DNA of 63,587 nucleotides, filler included. It is 5 parts of 5 records of this genome, joined end to end, with 100 filler letters (N's around TTAATTAATTAA, not from the genome) between each part and the next. Parts side by side here need not be neighbours in the genome. Positions count along the whole stretch, not along the records: positions 39,234 to 58,021 come from SRR2962707_3843; 4 more parts are not named here. One strand, written 5' to 3'. The notes under the pieces were generated by a model, which worked only from the letters and a program-made list of their open reading frames with translations, made no database searches and was not told where the DNA came from. Below, one piece after another: positions 40,741-50,480 of the stretch; position 1 is the stretch's first letter; each line of letters begins with the position of its first letter. The position numbers were made by a program, and so were the translations under genes.

Positions 40741-41565
40741 CTAGCGGCGGGCGTTCCAGCTGGCCGAGGCATGCTTGCGTGTATAAAATTCGCCCATCAG
40801 GCCGATAACCATCAATACCACACCCACCCAGACGGCATATTCCCAGTTACTGTAACGCGGGTTGTAATTGATAAACGCAAATCCGCGCGCCTGATCAATG
40901 ATATGAAACAGCGGGTTCCAGTCAAACATCGTCAGCATAAAGGTGGGCAATGTATTGGCCAAAAACATCTTGCCTGACGCGATCATGTTGGCCCGTTGGT
41001 ACAGGGACGTAAAAATGGTCGTGAACGAAGGGGCCCAGGGTTTGATCGCCAGCAAAACCATGCCCACCGCCACGCCGGTAAACCATGCAACCATCATCAT
41101 ACCAAACACGCCGGACCAGTCGTAGATATCCACCGGATTAAACGCGAGGTGATAAACAGACATGATCATCACCAGCGAAAGCATCTGAACATAAAGCGAC
41201 CCCAACGCCGATGCTGCCAGTGCGATCATGGTTGTCATGGGCGCATGTTGCATCATGGCGCTTGCCGGCCCTTCGGACCCGACCACCGCTGTCACGGTTT
41301 TGGTATGCATCATGTAAAGGAAAATGCCGCTCATGATGTAGATGACGAAATCACCCCGGATGGCCGAACCGCGCATCCCAAGGACCGTAAACATCACATA
41401 AAAAACGCCAACAAACATGACAGCCTGAAAGATGTTGATCCCGATGGCGGCAAACGCATTATTGTGCTGCTTGCGCACCTGCCGGACAACCGAATGATAC
41501 ACCAGTTCTGCCATGGACAGGGCAGCTGCAAATGGCCCTTGGGCCGTGCGTCTGGGTTGGAACAT
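40741..41565 (-). CDS. ABC-2 polysaccharide export permease (KpsM/Wzm-like)
   Basis: Six TM segments, WNPLFHIIDQAR motif; divergent from the glycan gene cluster. Confidence 0.82.
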   Translation of the reverse strand: MFQPRRTAQGPFAAALSMAELVYHSVVRQVRKQHNNAFAAIGINIFQAVMFVGVFYVMFTVLGMRGSAIRGDFVIYIMSGIFLYMMHTKTVTAVVGSEGPASAMMQHAPMTTMIALAASALGSLYVQMLSLVMIMSVYHLAFNPVDIYDWSGVFGMMMVAWFTGVAVGMVLLAIKPWAPSFTTIFTSLYQRANMIASGKMFLANTLPTFMLTMFDWNPLFHIIDQARGFAFINYNPRYSNWEYAVWVGVVLMVIGLMGEFYTRKHASASWNARR

Positions 41566-41678
41566 CTCAAAAGCCTCTATGCTTTAGGTCTTAGCACGGA
41601 ATTCTTGCTGTTCCGTCAAACTGTAATCATAAGGGGTTTGCGTAAAGTAATCAACGAAACTCAGGGGATCGCGTCATT

Positions 41679-42476
41679 ATGGATTATCAAAAACTGGTGA
41701 CAGTTATGCGGCGTCTCTCGCTTGAAGCTGGCGACAAGATCATGGAGATCTACGGCCAGGATGATTTCGAGGTAAAGACCAAGTCGGACGAAAGCCCCGT
41801 CACCATCGCTGACGAAGCCGCAGACAAGATTATTTCGGATGGTTTGCGCGCTGCATTTCCCGATGTGATGCTGGTCACCGAAGAACAATCCGCCACACAT
41901 ACCGCCCGTGGCGATACGTTTTTGATCGTCGATCCGCTGGACGGCACCAAAGAATTCATTAACCGTCGGGGTGACTTCACCGTGAACATCGCCCTTGTCG
42001 AAGGGGGCGTGCCGACCCGTGGCGTCGTCTATGCGCCTGCGCGCGGGCGCATGTTCTTTACGCTGGCAGATGGCAGTGCGGTCGAAGAAAGCGGTGATTT
42101 CCCCAAGGGTGAAATGGGCCCGGTCACCGCGATAACAGTCTCTAACCCGGATAATTCGGCGCTGATGGTTGTGGCGTCAAAGTCGCACCGCGATCAGGCG
42201 ACCGATGATTACATCGCCAAGTACAAGGTGCAGGACATGAAGAGCGCGGGTTCGTCTTTGAAATTCTGCCTGATCGCGACGGGCGAGGCTGACTTGTACC
42301 CACGCGTCGGCCGCACGATGGAATGGGACACAGCCGCAGGCCACGCGGTATTGGCTGGCGCAGGCGGGGCGGTTGTCCGCTTCGATGATCTGACGCCCCT
42401 GAAGTATGGCAAGGCCGATTTCGCCAACCCCTTCTTTATCGCCCACGCGCCCGGCGTAGACCTAAAGGCGTCCTGA
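41679..42476 (+). CDS. cysQ: 3'(2'),5'-bisphosphate nucleotidase
   Basis: SPVTIAD, VDPLDGTKEF, TMEWDTAAG. Confidence 0.95.
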   Translation: MDYQKLVTVMRRLSLEAGDKIMEIYGQDDFEVKTKSDESPVTIADEAADKIISDGLRAAFPDVMLVTEEQSATHTARGDTFLIVDPLDGTKEFINRRGDFTVNIALVEGGVPTRGVVYAPARGRMFFTLADGSAVEESGDFPKGEMGPVTAITVSNPDNSALMVVASKSHRDQATDDYIAKYKVQDMKSAGSSLKFCLIATGEADLYPRVGRTMEWDTAAGHAVLAGAGGAVVRFDDLTPLKYGKADFANPFFIAHAPGVDLKAS

Positions 42477-43276
42477 TGTCTGTTCTTATTGTCATTCCCG
42501 CCCGCTATGCATCGACCCGCTATCCGGCGAAACCTTTGGCGATGCTCAAAGGGGCTAGCGGCACATCCCGCAGTTTGATCGAACGCAGCTGGCGCGCCGC
42601 CTGCGAGGTGCAGGGCGTCGATAAGGTGGTTGTCGCAACCGACGACGACCGGATCAAAACCGCCGCCGAAGCCTTTGGTGCCGAGGTCGTCATGACCTCG
42701 GTCGATTGCGCCAACGGGACGGAACGTTGTGCCGAGGCGCACACGGTGCTGGGCGGCGGATATGACATCGTGGTGAACCTTCAGGGTGATGCGCCCCTGA
42801 CGCCGCATTGGTTCGTCGAAAGCCTTGTACAGGGTCTGAAAGACGCCCCAAAAGCTGGTATTGCGACCCCCGTGCTGCGCTGTGATGGCGCTGCGTTGAA
42901 CAGTCTGCTGGCCGACCGCAAAGCGGGTCGCGTGGGGGGTACAACATCGGTTTTTGCCGCCGATCATAGCGCGATGTACTTTTCGAAAGAGGTGGTGCCA
43001 TTCACCTCGAAAACCTATGGCGATGCTGATCCGACACCGGTTTTTCACCATGTTGGTGTCTATGCCTATCGCCCCGATGCACTGGCCGCATACCCGTCGT
43101 GGCCCGTCGGCCCGCTGGAACAGCTCGAAGGGTTGGAGCAGCTTAGGTTCATGGAGAACAGCCACACGGTTCTATGCGTCGAGGTCGAAGCCAAGGGCCG
43201 CCAGTTCTGGGAGTTGAACAACCCCGAAGACGTTCCCAAGATCGAGGCGATGATGGCGCAGATGGGTCTGGAATGA
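42476..43276 (+). CDS. kdsB: CMP-Kdo synthetase (KdsB/KpsU)
   Basis: IPARYASTRYPAKPL, GTERC, NLQGD, LEQLR. Confidence 0.92.
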   Translation: MSVLIVIPARYASTRYPAKPLAMLKGASGTSRSLIERSWRAACEVQGVDKVVVATDDDRIKTAAEAFGAEVVMTSVDCANGTERCAEAHTVLGGGYDIVVNLQGDAPLTPHWFVESLVQGLKDAPKAGIATPVLRCDGAALNSLLADRKAGRVGGTTSVFAADHSAMYFSKEVVPFTSKTYGDADPTPVFHHVGVYAYRPDALAAYPSWPVGPLEQLEGLEQLRFMENSHTVLCVEVEAKGRQFWELNNPEDVPKIEAMMAQMGLE

Positions 43277-44505
43277 CCGATCTGCCTGTCAGCGTTGTGA
43301 TCGTCAGCCGTGGACGTCCACAATCGCTGGCACGCACGCTGACAGGCATTTCTCAACTGCAATACTGGAACTTCGAGGTCGTCGTGGTGGCGGACCCCGA
43401 GGGGATAGCGTCGGCCGCGGCGTTGCCCTTTTCCGATGACTTAAAACTGGTGCCGTTTGACACGCCAAATATCTCGGCGGCGCGTAATCTGGGGCTTAGC
43501 CATGCTGCGGGCGAAATCATTGCCTTTATCGACGACGATGCCGTGCCCGAACCGATGTGGCTGCGCCATCTGGTGGCACCGGCCAGCCAAAGCGACATCG
43601 CCGCGATGGGCGGGTATGTTCGGGGTCGTAACGGGATTTCGTTTCAGTGGAAGGCCGCCAGCCTAGATCATCATGGCATACCCCAGCCGCTGACATTGGA
43701 CACGGATCAAGCGACGGTTATGAGGCCGCCCAATACCCGCGCTATCAAAACCGAAGGCACTAATATGGCGTTTAGGCGCGATGTGCTGGTCAATCTGGGC
43801 GGCTTTGATCCGGCATTTCATTATTTTCTAGATGAAACCGATCTGAACATGCGGCTGGCAAAGGCGGGATATGCCACGGCGATTGTCCCCCTCGCCGAGG
43901 TCCACCACGGATACGCAGAGAACCGAATGCGGACAGCGGCGCGGGTGCCGACCGACCTCTATGATATCGGGGCAAGTTGGGCGGCCTTCCAACGCAAACA
44001 TGTGGCCGAGGGCGCAAGGCCGTCTCAGTGGCGCAGCCTGCGCGACGAACAACGCAAGAGGGTGCTAAGGTTTCTGCAATCCGGCCAGTTGGAACCGCGC
44101 GATGTTACGCAGCTGATGAAGCGGCTGGATCTGGGATATGCCGACGGACAACACCGAAAAGAGGTGCCAACCCAGCTGCCCAAACACGGGATTGACCCTT
44201 TCCGGCGGTTTTCCGCTGTGCCCAGACAGGCGAAAATGATCGTGAGCAGGCCGTTCACCGCTACCGTTGATCGAAATCGTGCGCTGCGCGAACTGGCAGC
44301 GGGTCACATTGTTACATTGCTCATTATTTCACCAACCGCGATTTTCCACCAACTTTCCTTCGCAAATGACGGATTGTGGGTGCAAGCAGGCGGCCTGTTC
44401 GGTAAGGTCGAGCGCACTGATAAGTTGATTAGCTTTGCGTCTAGAGTGAAAAAAGCAGAGCGCGAGATGCGACGCGTGGCTTTGCAAAGAGGTTTTCACC
44501 AATAG
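43273..44505 (+). CDS. Glycosyltransferase family 2
   Basis: VSVVIVS, ARNLG, AFIDDDA, GGFD..F; ATGA overlap with kdsB. Confidence 0.9.
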   Translation: MTDLPVSVVIVSRGRPQSLARTLTGISQLQYWNFEVVVVADPEGIASAAALPFSDDLKLVPFDTPNISAARNLGLSHAAGEIIAFIDDDAVPEPMWLRHLVAPASQSDIAAMGGYVRGRNGISFQWKAASLDHHGIPQPLTLDTDQATVMRPPNTRAIKTEGTNMAFRRDVLVNLGGFDPAFHYFLDETDLNMRLAKAGYATAIVPLAEVHHGYAENRMRTAARVPTDLYDIGASWAAFQRKHVAEGARPSQWRSLRDEQRKRVLRFLQSGQLEPRDVTQLMKRLDLGYADGQHRKEVPTQLPKHGIDPFRRFSAVPRQAKMIVSRPFTATVDRNRALRELAAGHIVTLLIISPTAIFHQLSFANDGLWVQAGGLFGKVERTDKLISFASRVKKAEREMRRVALQRGFHQ

Positions 44506-44613
44506 ACGACACCAAGGTCCGTACTATATTAGAGCCAAGCTATTTAAACCAAACGGATATGGCATTTTGCTTTTTGCAAAACAAAGCCAATAACGGATAA
44601 GGAAGACTGCCGC

Positions 44614-45507
44614 ATGGGCAAGAAGGTAACGAAAGCAATTTTCCCTGTGGCGGGTCTGGGAACGCGGTTTTTACCGGCGACCAAATCGGTGCCAAAGGAA
44701 ATCATGACGTTGGTCGACCGCCCCTTGGTCCAATATGCGATTGATGAGGCCCGCGCGGCAGGCATCAAAGAATTCATCTTTGTCACTTCGCGCGGCAAAG
44801 GCGCTTTGGAAGATTATTTTGACCACTCTCCCGTGCTCGAGCAGGAACTGCGCTCCAAGGGTAAAACCGAGCTGTTGGAGATTTTGAAGAATACCAACAT
44901 GGACAGTGGTGCGATTGCCTATATCCGCCAGCACAAGGCGCTTGGTTTGGGGCACGCCGTTTGGTGCGCGCGCCGTCTGATTGGCGACGAACCTTTTGCG
45001 GTCATGTTGCCGGACGACGTGATTGCGGCCGATAAACCGTGCCTGCAGCAAATGGTCGAGGCGTATAATGAAACCGGCGGTAACATGGTTGCCGCGATGG
45101 AGGTCGCCCCGGATCGCGTGTCGTCTTATGGTGTGCTGGATGTGGCCGACGATCAGGGTGAACTGGTCAAGATCCGCGGCATGGTTGAAAAACCCAAGGC
45201 CGAAGATGCGCCATCGAACCTGGCTGTTATCGGCCGGTATATTCTGTCGCCCAACGTGCTGCGCAATCTCAACCAACTTAAATCCGGATCGGGCGGTGAA
45301 ATTCAGCTGACCGACGCCATCGCCGCCGAGCTGACGCAGGGCCACGATGTTTACGGCTACAGGTTCAAGGGGCAACGTTTCGACTGCGGGTCGAAATCTG
45401 GCTTCTTGCAGGCCACCGTGTCCTTTGGTCTGGCCCGAGAAGACCTGCGCGATGATCTGCACGGATATTTGCAAGATATCATGAGCGTCGATAAAACTGC
45501 CCATTAG
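44614..45507 (+). CDS. galU: UTP-glucose-1-phosphate uridylyltransferase
   Basis: PVAGLGTRFLPATK, VEKP, GEIQLTDA. Confidence 0.97.
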   Translation: MGKKVTKAIFPVAGLGTRFLPATKSVPKEIMTLVDRPLVQYAIDEARAAGIKEFIFVTSRGKGALEDYFDHSPVLEQELRSKGKTELLEILKNTNMDSGAIAYIRQHKALGLGHAVWCARRLIGDEPFAVMLPDDVIAADKPCLQQMVEAYNETGGNMVAAMEVAPDRVSSYGVLDVADDQGELVKIRGMVEKPKAEDAPSNLAVIGRYILSPNVLRNLNQLKSGSGGEIQLTDAIAAELTQGHDVYGYRFKGQRFDCGSKSGFLQATVSFGLAREDLRDDLHGYLQDIMSVDKTAH

Positions 45508-45527
45508 GGTCTAGCAAAGGCAAGCTG

Positions 45528-46511
45528 ATGGTTAATGTATTGGTGACAGGCGGCGCGGGCTATATCGGCTCACACGCTTGCAAAGCGCTTGCCGCTGCCG
45601 GGTTCACACCGGTGACGTTTGATAACTTTGTCACCGGCTGGCGTGATGCGGTCAAATTTGGCCCGATGGTCGAAGGTGACCTGCTGAACCGCGCCGATAT
45701 TGACGCAGCTTTTGCTGAATACAAACCTGTGGCCGTGATGCATTTTGCAGCACTTAGCCAGGTGGGCGATAGCATGACGCAGCCGGGTCTTTATTGGCGC
45801 AACAACGTTCAAGGGTCGCTGAACCTGATCGAGGCAGCAGTCGCCGCCAATTGCAAAAACTTTGTATTTTCATCGACTTGCGCCACCTACGGTGACCACG
45901 ACAACGTCGTTCTGGATGAAGACACTGTGCAGCTGCCGATCAACGCATATGGCGCCTCCAAACGCGCGATCGAAGACATCCTGCGCGATTTCGAGGTCGC
46001 ACATGGCCTGAAAAATGTGATCTTTCGCTACTTTAACGTGGCAGGGGCCGATCCCGACGGCGAGGTCGGTGAATTTCACCAGCCCGAGACCCATCTTGTG
46101 CCGCTGATGTTGGATGCAATTGATGGCAAGCGGGATGCGTTAACCATCTTTGGGACGGATTATGACACGCCCGACGGCACATGCATTCGCGATTATGTGC
46201 ACGTTTGCGACCTGATTGATGCGCATGTTCTGGGGCTGAACTGGCTGCTGGATGGCAAACCCAGCCGCGTTTTCAACCTTGGCACGGGCACGGGTTTTTC
46301 AGTGCGCGAGGTGATTGATCGCAGTCGCGAGGTGACCAATCGCGCAGTCCCTATCAAAGAAGGCGCGCGGCGTCCGGGTGATTGCACCAAGCTGGTTTCA
46401 GGGTCTACCCGCGCCGCCGCAGAACTGGGATGGGCACCAAAGCGGTCGACCATGTCGCAAATGATTTCTGACGCGTGGAGATGGCATCAAACTGGCCACT
46501 ACAATTCATAA
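45528..46511 (+). CDS. galE: UDP-glucose 4-epimerase
   Basis: TGGAGYIGSH, YGASK, RYFNVAGA, DGTCIRDYVHV. Confidence 0.96.
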   Translation: MVNVLVTGGAGYIGSHACKALAAAGFTPVTFDNFVTGWRDAVKFGPMVEGDLLNRADIDAAFAEYKPVAVMHFAALSQVGDSMTQPGLYWRNNVQGSLNLIEAAVAANCKNFVFSSTCATYGDHDNVVLDEDTVQLPINAYGASKRAIEDILRDFEVAHGLKNVIFRYFNVAGADPDGEVGEFHQPETHLVPLMLDAIDGKRDALTIFGTDYDTPDGTCIRDYVHVCDLIDAHVLGLNWLLDGKPSRVFNLGTGTGFSVREVIDRSREVTNRAVPIKEGARRPGDCTKLVSGSTRAAAELGWAPKRSTMSQMISDAWRWHQTGHYNS

Positions 46512-46512
46512 T

Positions 46513-47709
46513 ATGCCCGCCGGACGGTTGCTGGATGTCACGCGGACCTTGCGCCGCGCTGGACGTATGGCAACGGGTGTGGATCGGGTCGAACTGGCCT
46601 ATCTGGCGCAGTTTCTGTCTGATGATACCCCGTGTTTCGGCCTTGCGCGCACGCCGCTTGGCTATCTGTTGCTGGACCGCGCTGGTTTGCAGGGCGTCCA
46701 AGACCGGATTGAAGGGCGCATTGATTGGGGTGCGCCTGATTTGCTGTCATGGTCGCTGCGCGGCAGGTCGACGGTTGGCAGGCGCGCCGAGGCGGATTTC
46801 AGGCGGCTCGCCATCGCGCGCACTGCCGTTTGGGGATTGCCGCGACTGATCAAGAAACTGCCGGTGCCGTGCCGGTATTTCAATGTGGGCCACAGCAATC
46901 TTTCACGGCGCGTGTTATCGACCCTTAACGCCAGCGGGATCTATATTAGCGTTCTTATTCATGATGTTATCCCCCTTGAATACCCGCAGTATCAACGCCT
47001 CGGTTCCGTTGATCCGTTCCGGGCTAAACTGAAATACGTGCAAGAATGGGCTGATCTGGTGATCTATAATTCAGCCGATACCAAGGCCCGAGCCGAGGCG
47101 CAGATGGCGGCATGGGGCAAAATACCAGCAAGCATTGTTGCGCATCTGGGAACAGTTCCCCCGCAACCTGACCCGTCGAAACTGCCGTCTGGTCTGCCGC
47201 CGACAGAGCCATATTTCGTTACTGTCGGAACAATCGAGCCGCGCAAGAACCATAAATTTCTGCTCGATATATGGGATGAACTGGGCCCTGATGCGCCGCT
47301 TTTGCTGATCTGCGGTGGGCGCGGTTGGAATAATGACGCGGTGTTCTCGCGTCTTGATGCGATGGGGCCGGACAGTCGGGTACGTGAAATCTCAAACCTG
47401 TCTGATCCCGCTCTTGCGGCGCTGGTGCAAACCGCATCCGGCAGCCTGTTTCCCAGCTTCGCAGAAGGCTTTGGCCTGCCGCCGCTTGAGGCGCTGATGC
47501 TGAAAACAAGGGTCCTATGTAACGATCTGGGCGTTTTGCACGAGTTTTTGGGCGATATGCCTGTTTACGCAAGCGTGTCCGATCAGTATCAATGGACGAG
47601 GATCATAAAAGAATGGGCAAACACACCCGAAATGCAAGAGACCCCGACGGCGTTCCAAGGGCCGACGTGGAAAAACCATTTCAACTTAGTGTTAAGTCCG
47701 AGAGCATAG
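46513..47709 (+). CDS. Glycosyltransferase family 4 (GT-B)
   Basis: TGVDRVE, GTIEPRKN, EGFGLPPLEA. Confidence 0.9.
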   Translation: MPAGRLLDVTRTLRRAGRMATGVDRVELAYLAQFLSDDTPCFGLARTPLGYLLLDRAGLQGVQDRIEGRIDWGAPDLLSWSLRGRSTVGRRAEADFRRLAIARTAVWGLPRLIKKLPVPCRYFNVGHSNLSRRVLSTLNASGIYISVLIHDVIPLEYPQYQRLGSVDPFRAKLKYVQEWADLVIYNSADTKARAEAQMAAWGKIPASIVAHLGTVPPQPDPSKLPSGLPPTEPYFVTVGTIEPRKNHKFLLDIWDELGPDAPLLLICGGRGWNNDAVFSRLDAMGPDSRVREISNLSDPALAALVQTASGSLFPSFAEGFGLPPLEALMLKTRVLCNDLGVLHEFLGDMPVYASVSDQYQWTRIIKEWANTPEMQETPTAFQGPTWKNHFNLVLSPRA

Positions 47710-47773
47710 GCTGTCCGCTCGTGGGCAACTCTGGTAAAGACAGTAGGCACACCCCGAGAATGAAGGGCGGTTT

Positions 47774-48784
47774 TTGGGTATAGTTCAATCATATCGGCTT
47801 CGACTGCAGCGCAAGAGATGGCGCATTCGCGCGTTTCGTAAACGCCGCGAACTAAAGCAGATTTTGAACCGTACCAACCAGATCAAGCCCGATGATATTT
47901 TGCTGTTTTGCACGCAGCGAAACGAGAAAATCCGCCTACCGTATTTTCTGGATTATTACCGGAAAATGGGTGTCGGCCATTTCTTTTTCGTGGACAATGA
48001 CAGCGACGATGGATCGGCTGAATATCTGGAACAGCAACCGGATGTGTCAGTATGGGGCGCGCGGGCCAGTTATAAGCGCGCACGTTTTGGGGCTGACTGG
48101 CTGAACTGGCTGCAGATGAAATATGCGCACGGGCATTGGACGCTGACGGTCGATCCTGACGAATTTCTGATCTACCCGTTTTGTGACACACGCCCTTTGC
48201 GTGCGTTGACCGATTGGTTGGACGCGTCGTCAATCAAATCCTTTTCTGCGATGTTGCTCGATATGTATCCAAAGGGGCGGTTGGACGAACAGCCCTACCA
48301 GTCTGGCCAGAACCCGATGGAAATCGCGTCGTGGTTCGACAGTGGAAACTATTCGATGTTCCGCAATTTCCGTTTCGCGAACCTGTGGATTCAGGGCGGT
48401 CCGCGCGCGCGGGTCTTCTTCAAGGATGATCCTGAAAAAGCGCCCGCTTTGAACAAGGTGCCACTGGTCAAATGGGACCGGCGCTATGTCTATGTCAGTT
48501 CGACCCATATGCTGCTGCCACGTGGTTTGAATCAGGTCTACGATGAATGGGGCGGGGAAAAAGCATCGGGCGTGCTGTTGCATGCGAAATTCCTCGATAC
48601 CTTCAGCGCCAAAGCCCTTGAGGAGCTTGAGCGCGGTCAGCACTATGCCGCGTCGGTCGAATACAAAGCCTATGCCGATAATTTGCAAACAGATCCCCAG
48701 CTTTGGTGCAAGTGGTCCGAGCGTTATATCAACTGGCGCCAGCTGGAAATTCTGGGCCTCATGTCCAAGGGGAACTGGGCGTGA
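47774..48784 (+). CDS. GT2-like glycosyltransferase
   Basis: RNE, VDNDSDDGS, VDPDEF, LLHAKF. Confidence 0.85.
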   Translation: MGIVQSYRLRLQRKRWRIRAFRKRRELKQILNRTNQIKPDDILLFCTQRNEKIRLPYFLDYYRKMGVGHFFFVDNDSDDGSAEYLEQQPDVSVWGARASYKRARFGADWLNWLQMKYAHGHWTLTVDPDEFLIYPFCDTRPLRALTDWLDASSIKSFSAMLLDMYPKGRLDEQPYQSGQNPMEIASWFDSGNYSMFRNFRFANLWIQGGPRARVFFKDDPEKAPALNKVPLVKWDRRYVYVSSTHMLLPRGLNQVYDEWGGEKASGVLLHAKFLDTFSAKALEELERGQHYAASVEYKAYADNLQTDPQLWCKWSERYINWRQLEILGLMSKGNWA

Positions 48785-50478
48785 CCGTCGGCGTCGTTAT
48801 GTTGGTGCACACGGCCCTTGGTCGGGCGGAACAGGTTGCCCGCCATTGGTCGGCCGCCGGATGCCCCGTGGTGATCCATGTCGACAAAAGCGTGCCGCGC
48901 AAAGTTTATGATACCTTCGTAAATAGTCTGGCCGATGTGCCGGATGTGGCGTTTTGTAAACGGTTCCGGTGCGAATGGGGGACTTGGGGCATCGTCGCCG
49001 CATCGCAGGCCGGATCAGAGATGATTCTGGCCCAATTCGAAGATGTGCGCCACGTGTACCTTGCATCAGGGTCATGCCTGCCGCTGCGCCCGGTCAAAGA
49101 ATTGGTGAACTATCTTGCCGCGCGGCCAAGGACCGATTTTATCGAAAGCGCCACAACCGCTGATGTCCCCTGGACTGTCGGTGGTCTGGACGAAGAACGT
49201 TTTACCATGCATTTCCCATTCTCTTGGAAAAAGCAGCGGTTTTTGTTTGATAAATCCGTCGCGATCCAGCGGACGCTAAACCTGAAACGCAAGCTGCCCA
49301 ACGAGATTGTCCCGCACATGGGATCGCAATGGTGGTGTCTGACCCGCCAGACGTTGTCGGCGATCCTTCAAGACCCTGACCGCGGTGCATATGACCGCTA
49401 TTTCCGTCATGTCTGGATTCCCGATGAAAGCTATTTCCAGACGCTATCGCGGCTATATTCGACCCAAGTTGAAAGCCGGTCCCTGACCCTCTCCAAGTTC
49501 GACTTTCAGGGAAAGCCACATATTTTCTATGACGACCACTTGCAGCTTTTGCGGCGGTCGGATTGCTTTGTCGCGCGCAAGGTCTGGCCCTATGCCGATC
49601 GCCTGTACGACGCGTTTCTAACGGATGAAGATAACGCGCTAAGCAAGACCGAACCCAACCCCGGCAAGATCGACCGTATTTTCGCCAAAGCGGTCGAGCG
49701 CCGGACCCGCGGGCGTTCGGGTTTGTATATGCAAAGCCGTTTCCCGAACGAAGACTGGGAAAATGGCGTGACGGCTGCACCCTATTCCGTGTTTCAGGGC
49801 TTTGCTGAACTCTTTGATAACTTTGAGCCGTGGCTGGCAAAATCCACAGGGTCGCGCGTGCATGGCCATCTGTTTGCCCCCGACAGGGTTCACTATGCCG
49901 ACAGCCAAACCGCAATCAACGGGGCGCTAAGCGACAGTGCGACGGTACGCGATTACAATGCCAATGCGTTTCTGACGAACCTGATCTGGAACACACGCGG
50001 TGAACGTCAGTGTTTCCAATTCGGGCCGGGCGACAATCAGGATGTTTGCTGGCGGATCGCAAAAGACCCCAATGCGCAGGTTTCGGTGATCACCGGCGCG
50101 TGGTCTGTGCCCTTGTTCCGGTCAAACAAGGATTTCTCGGTCATTCGCCGGACGGCGGCCGCGTTGCAGAAGATCGAAAACGAACACATGAATATCCTCC
50201 GCTCGCCCTACACCAAGGCGCGGGTGCGGATCTGGAACATGGCCGAATTTATCGAGGCCCCGATGGAGCCGCTTCAGGGGATATTGGACGAGATCGGCCA
50301 CGTGAAGCTGAAGCGCATATCCGAAGTGCCGCAAATGGTTGATCTTTCAGGGTTCGGGCAATTCTTGCAGAACCTCAAGAACCAAGGGATGCACCCACAT
50401 CTGATGGGCGATTTCCCGGTTGAACGCGGCGTCGCTGCAACCCAACCGTCGCCCCGCAAGCCCTATTTGGTGAGATAG
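48781..50478 (+). CDS. GT14 (core-2/I-branching beta-1,6-GlcNAc transferase-like) protein with C-terminal extension
   Basis: IHVD, CEWG, LASGSCLPL, GSQWW, IPDESYFQT, FVARK; GTG start overlapping the upstream stop. Confidence 0.85.
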   Translation: MTVGVVMLVHTALGRAEQVARHWSAAGCPVVIHVDKSVPRKVYDTFVNSLADVPDVAFCKRFRCEWGTWGIVAASQAGSEMILAQFEDVRHVYLASGSCLPLRPVKELVNYLAARPRTDFIESATTADVPWTVGGLDEERFTMHFPFSWKKQRFLFDKSVAIQRTLNLKRKLPNEIVPHMGSQWWCLTRQTLSAILQDPDRGAYDRYFRHVWIPDESYFQTLSRLYSTQVESRSLTLSKFDFQGKPHIFYDDHLQLLRRSDCFVARKVWPYADRLYDAFLTDEDNALSKTEPNPGKIDRIFAKAVERRTRGRSGLYMQSRFPNEDWENGVTAAPYSVFQGFAELFDNFEPWLAKSTGSRVHGHLFAPDRVHYADSQTAINGALSDSATVRDYNANAFLTNLIWNTRGERQCFQFGPGDNQDVCWRIAKDPNAQVSVITGAWSVPLFRSNKDFSVIRRTAAALQKIENEHMNILRSPYTKARVRIWNMAEFIEAPMEPLQGILDEIGHVKLKRISEVPQMVDLSGFGQFLQNLKNQGMHPHLMGDFPVERGVAATQPSPRKPYLVR

Positions 50479-50480
50479 CG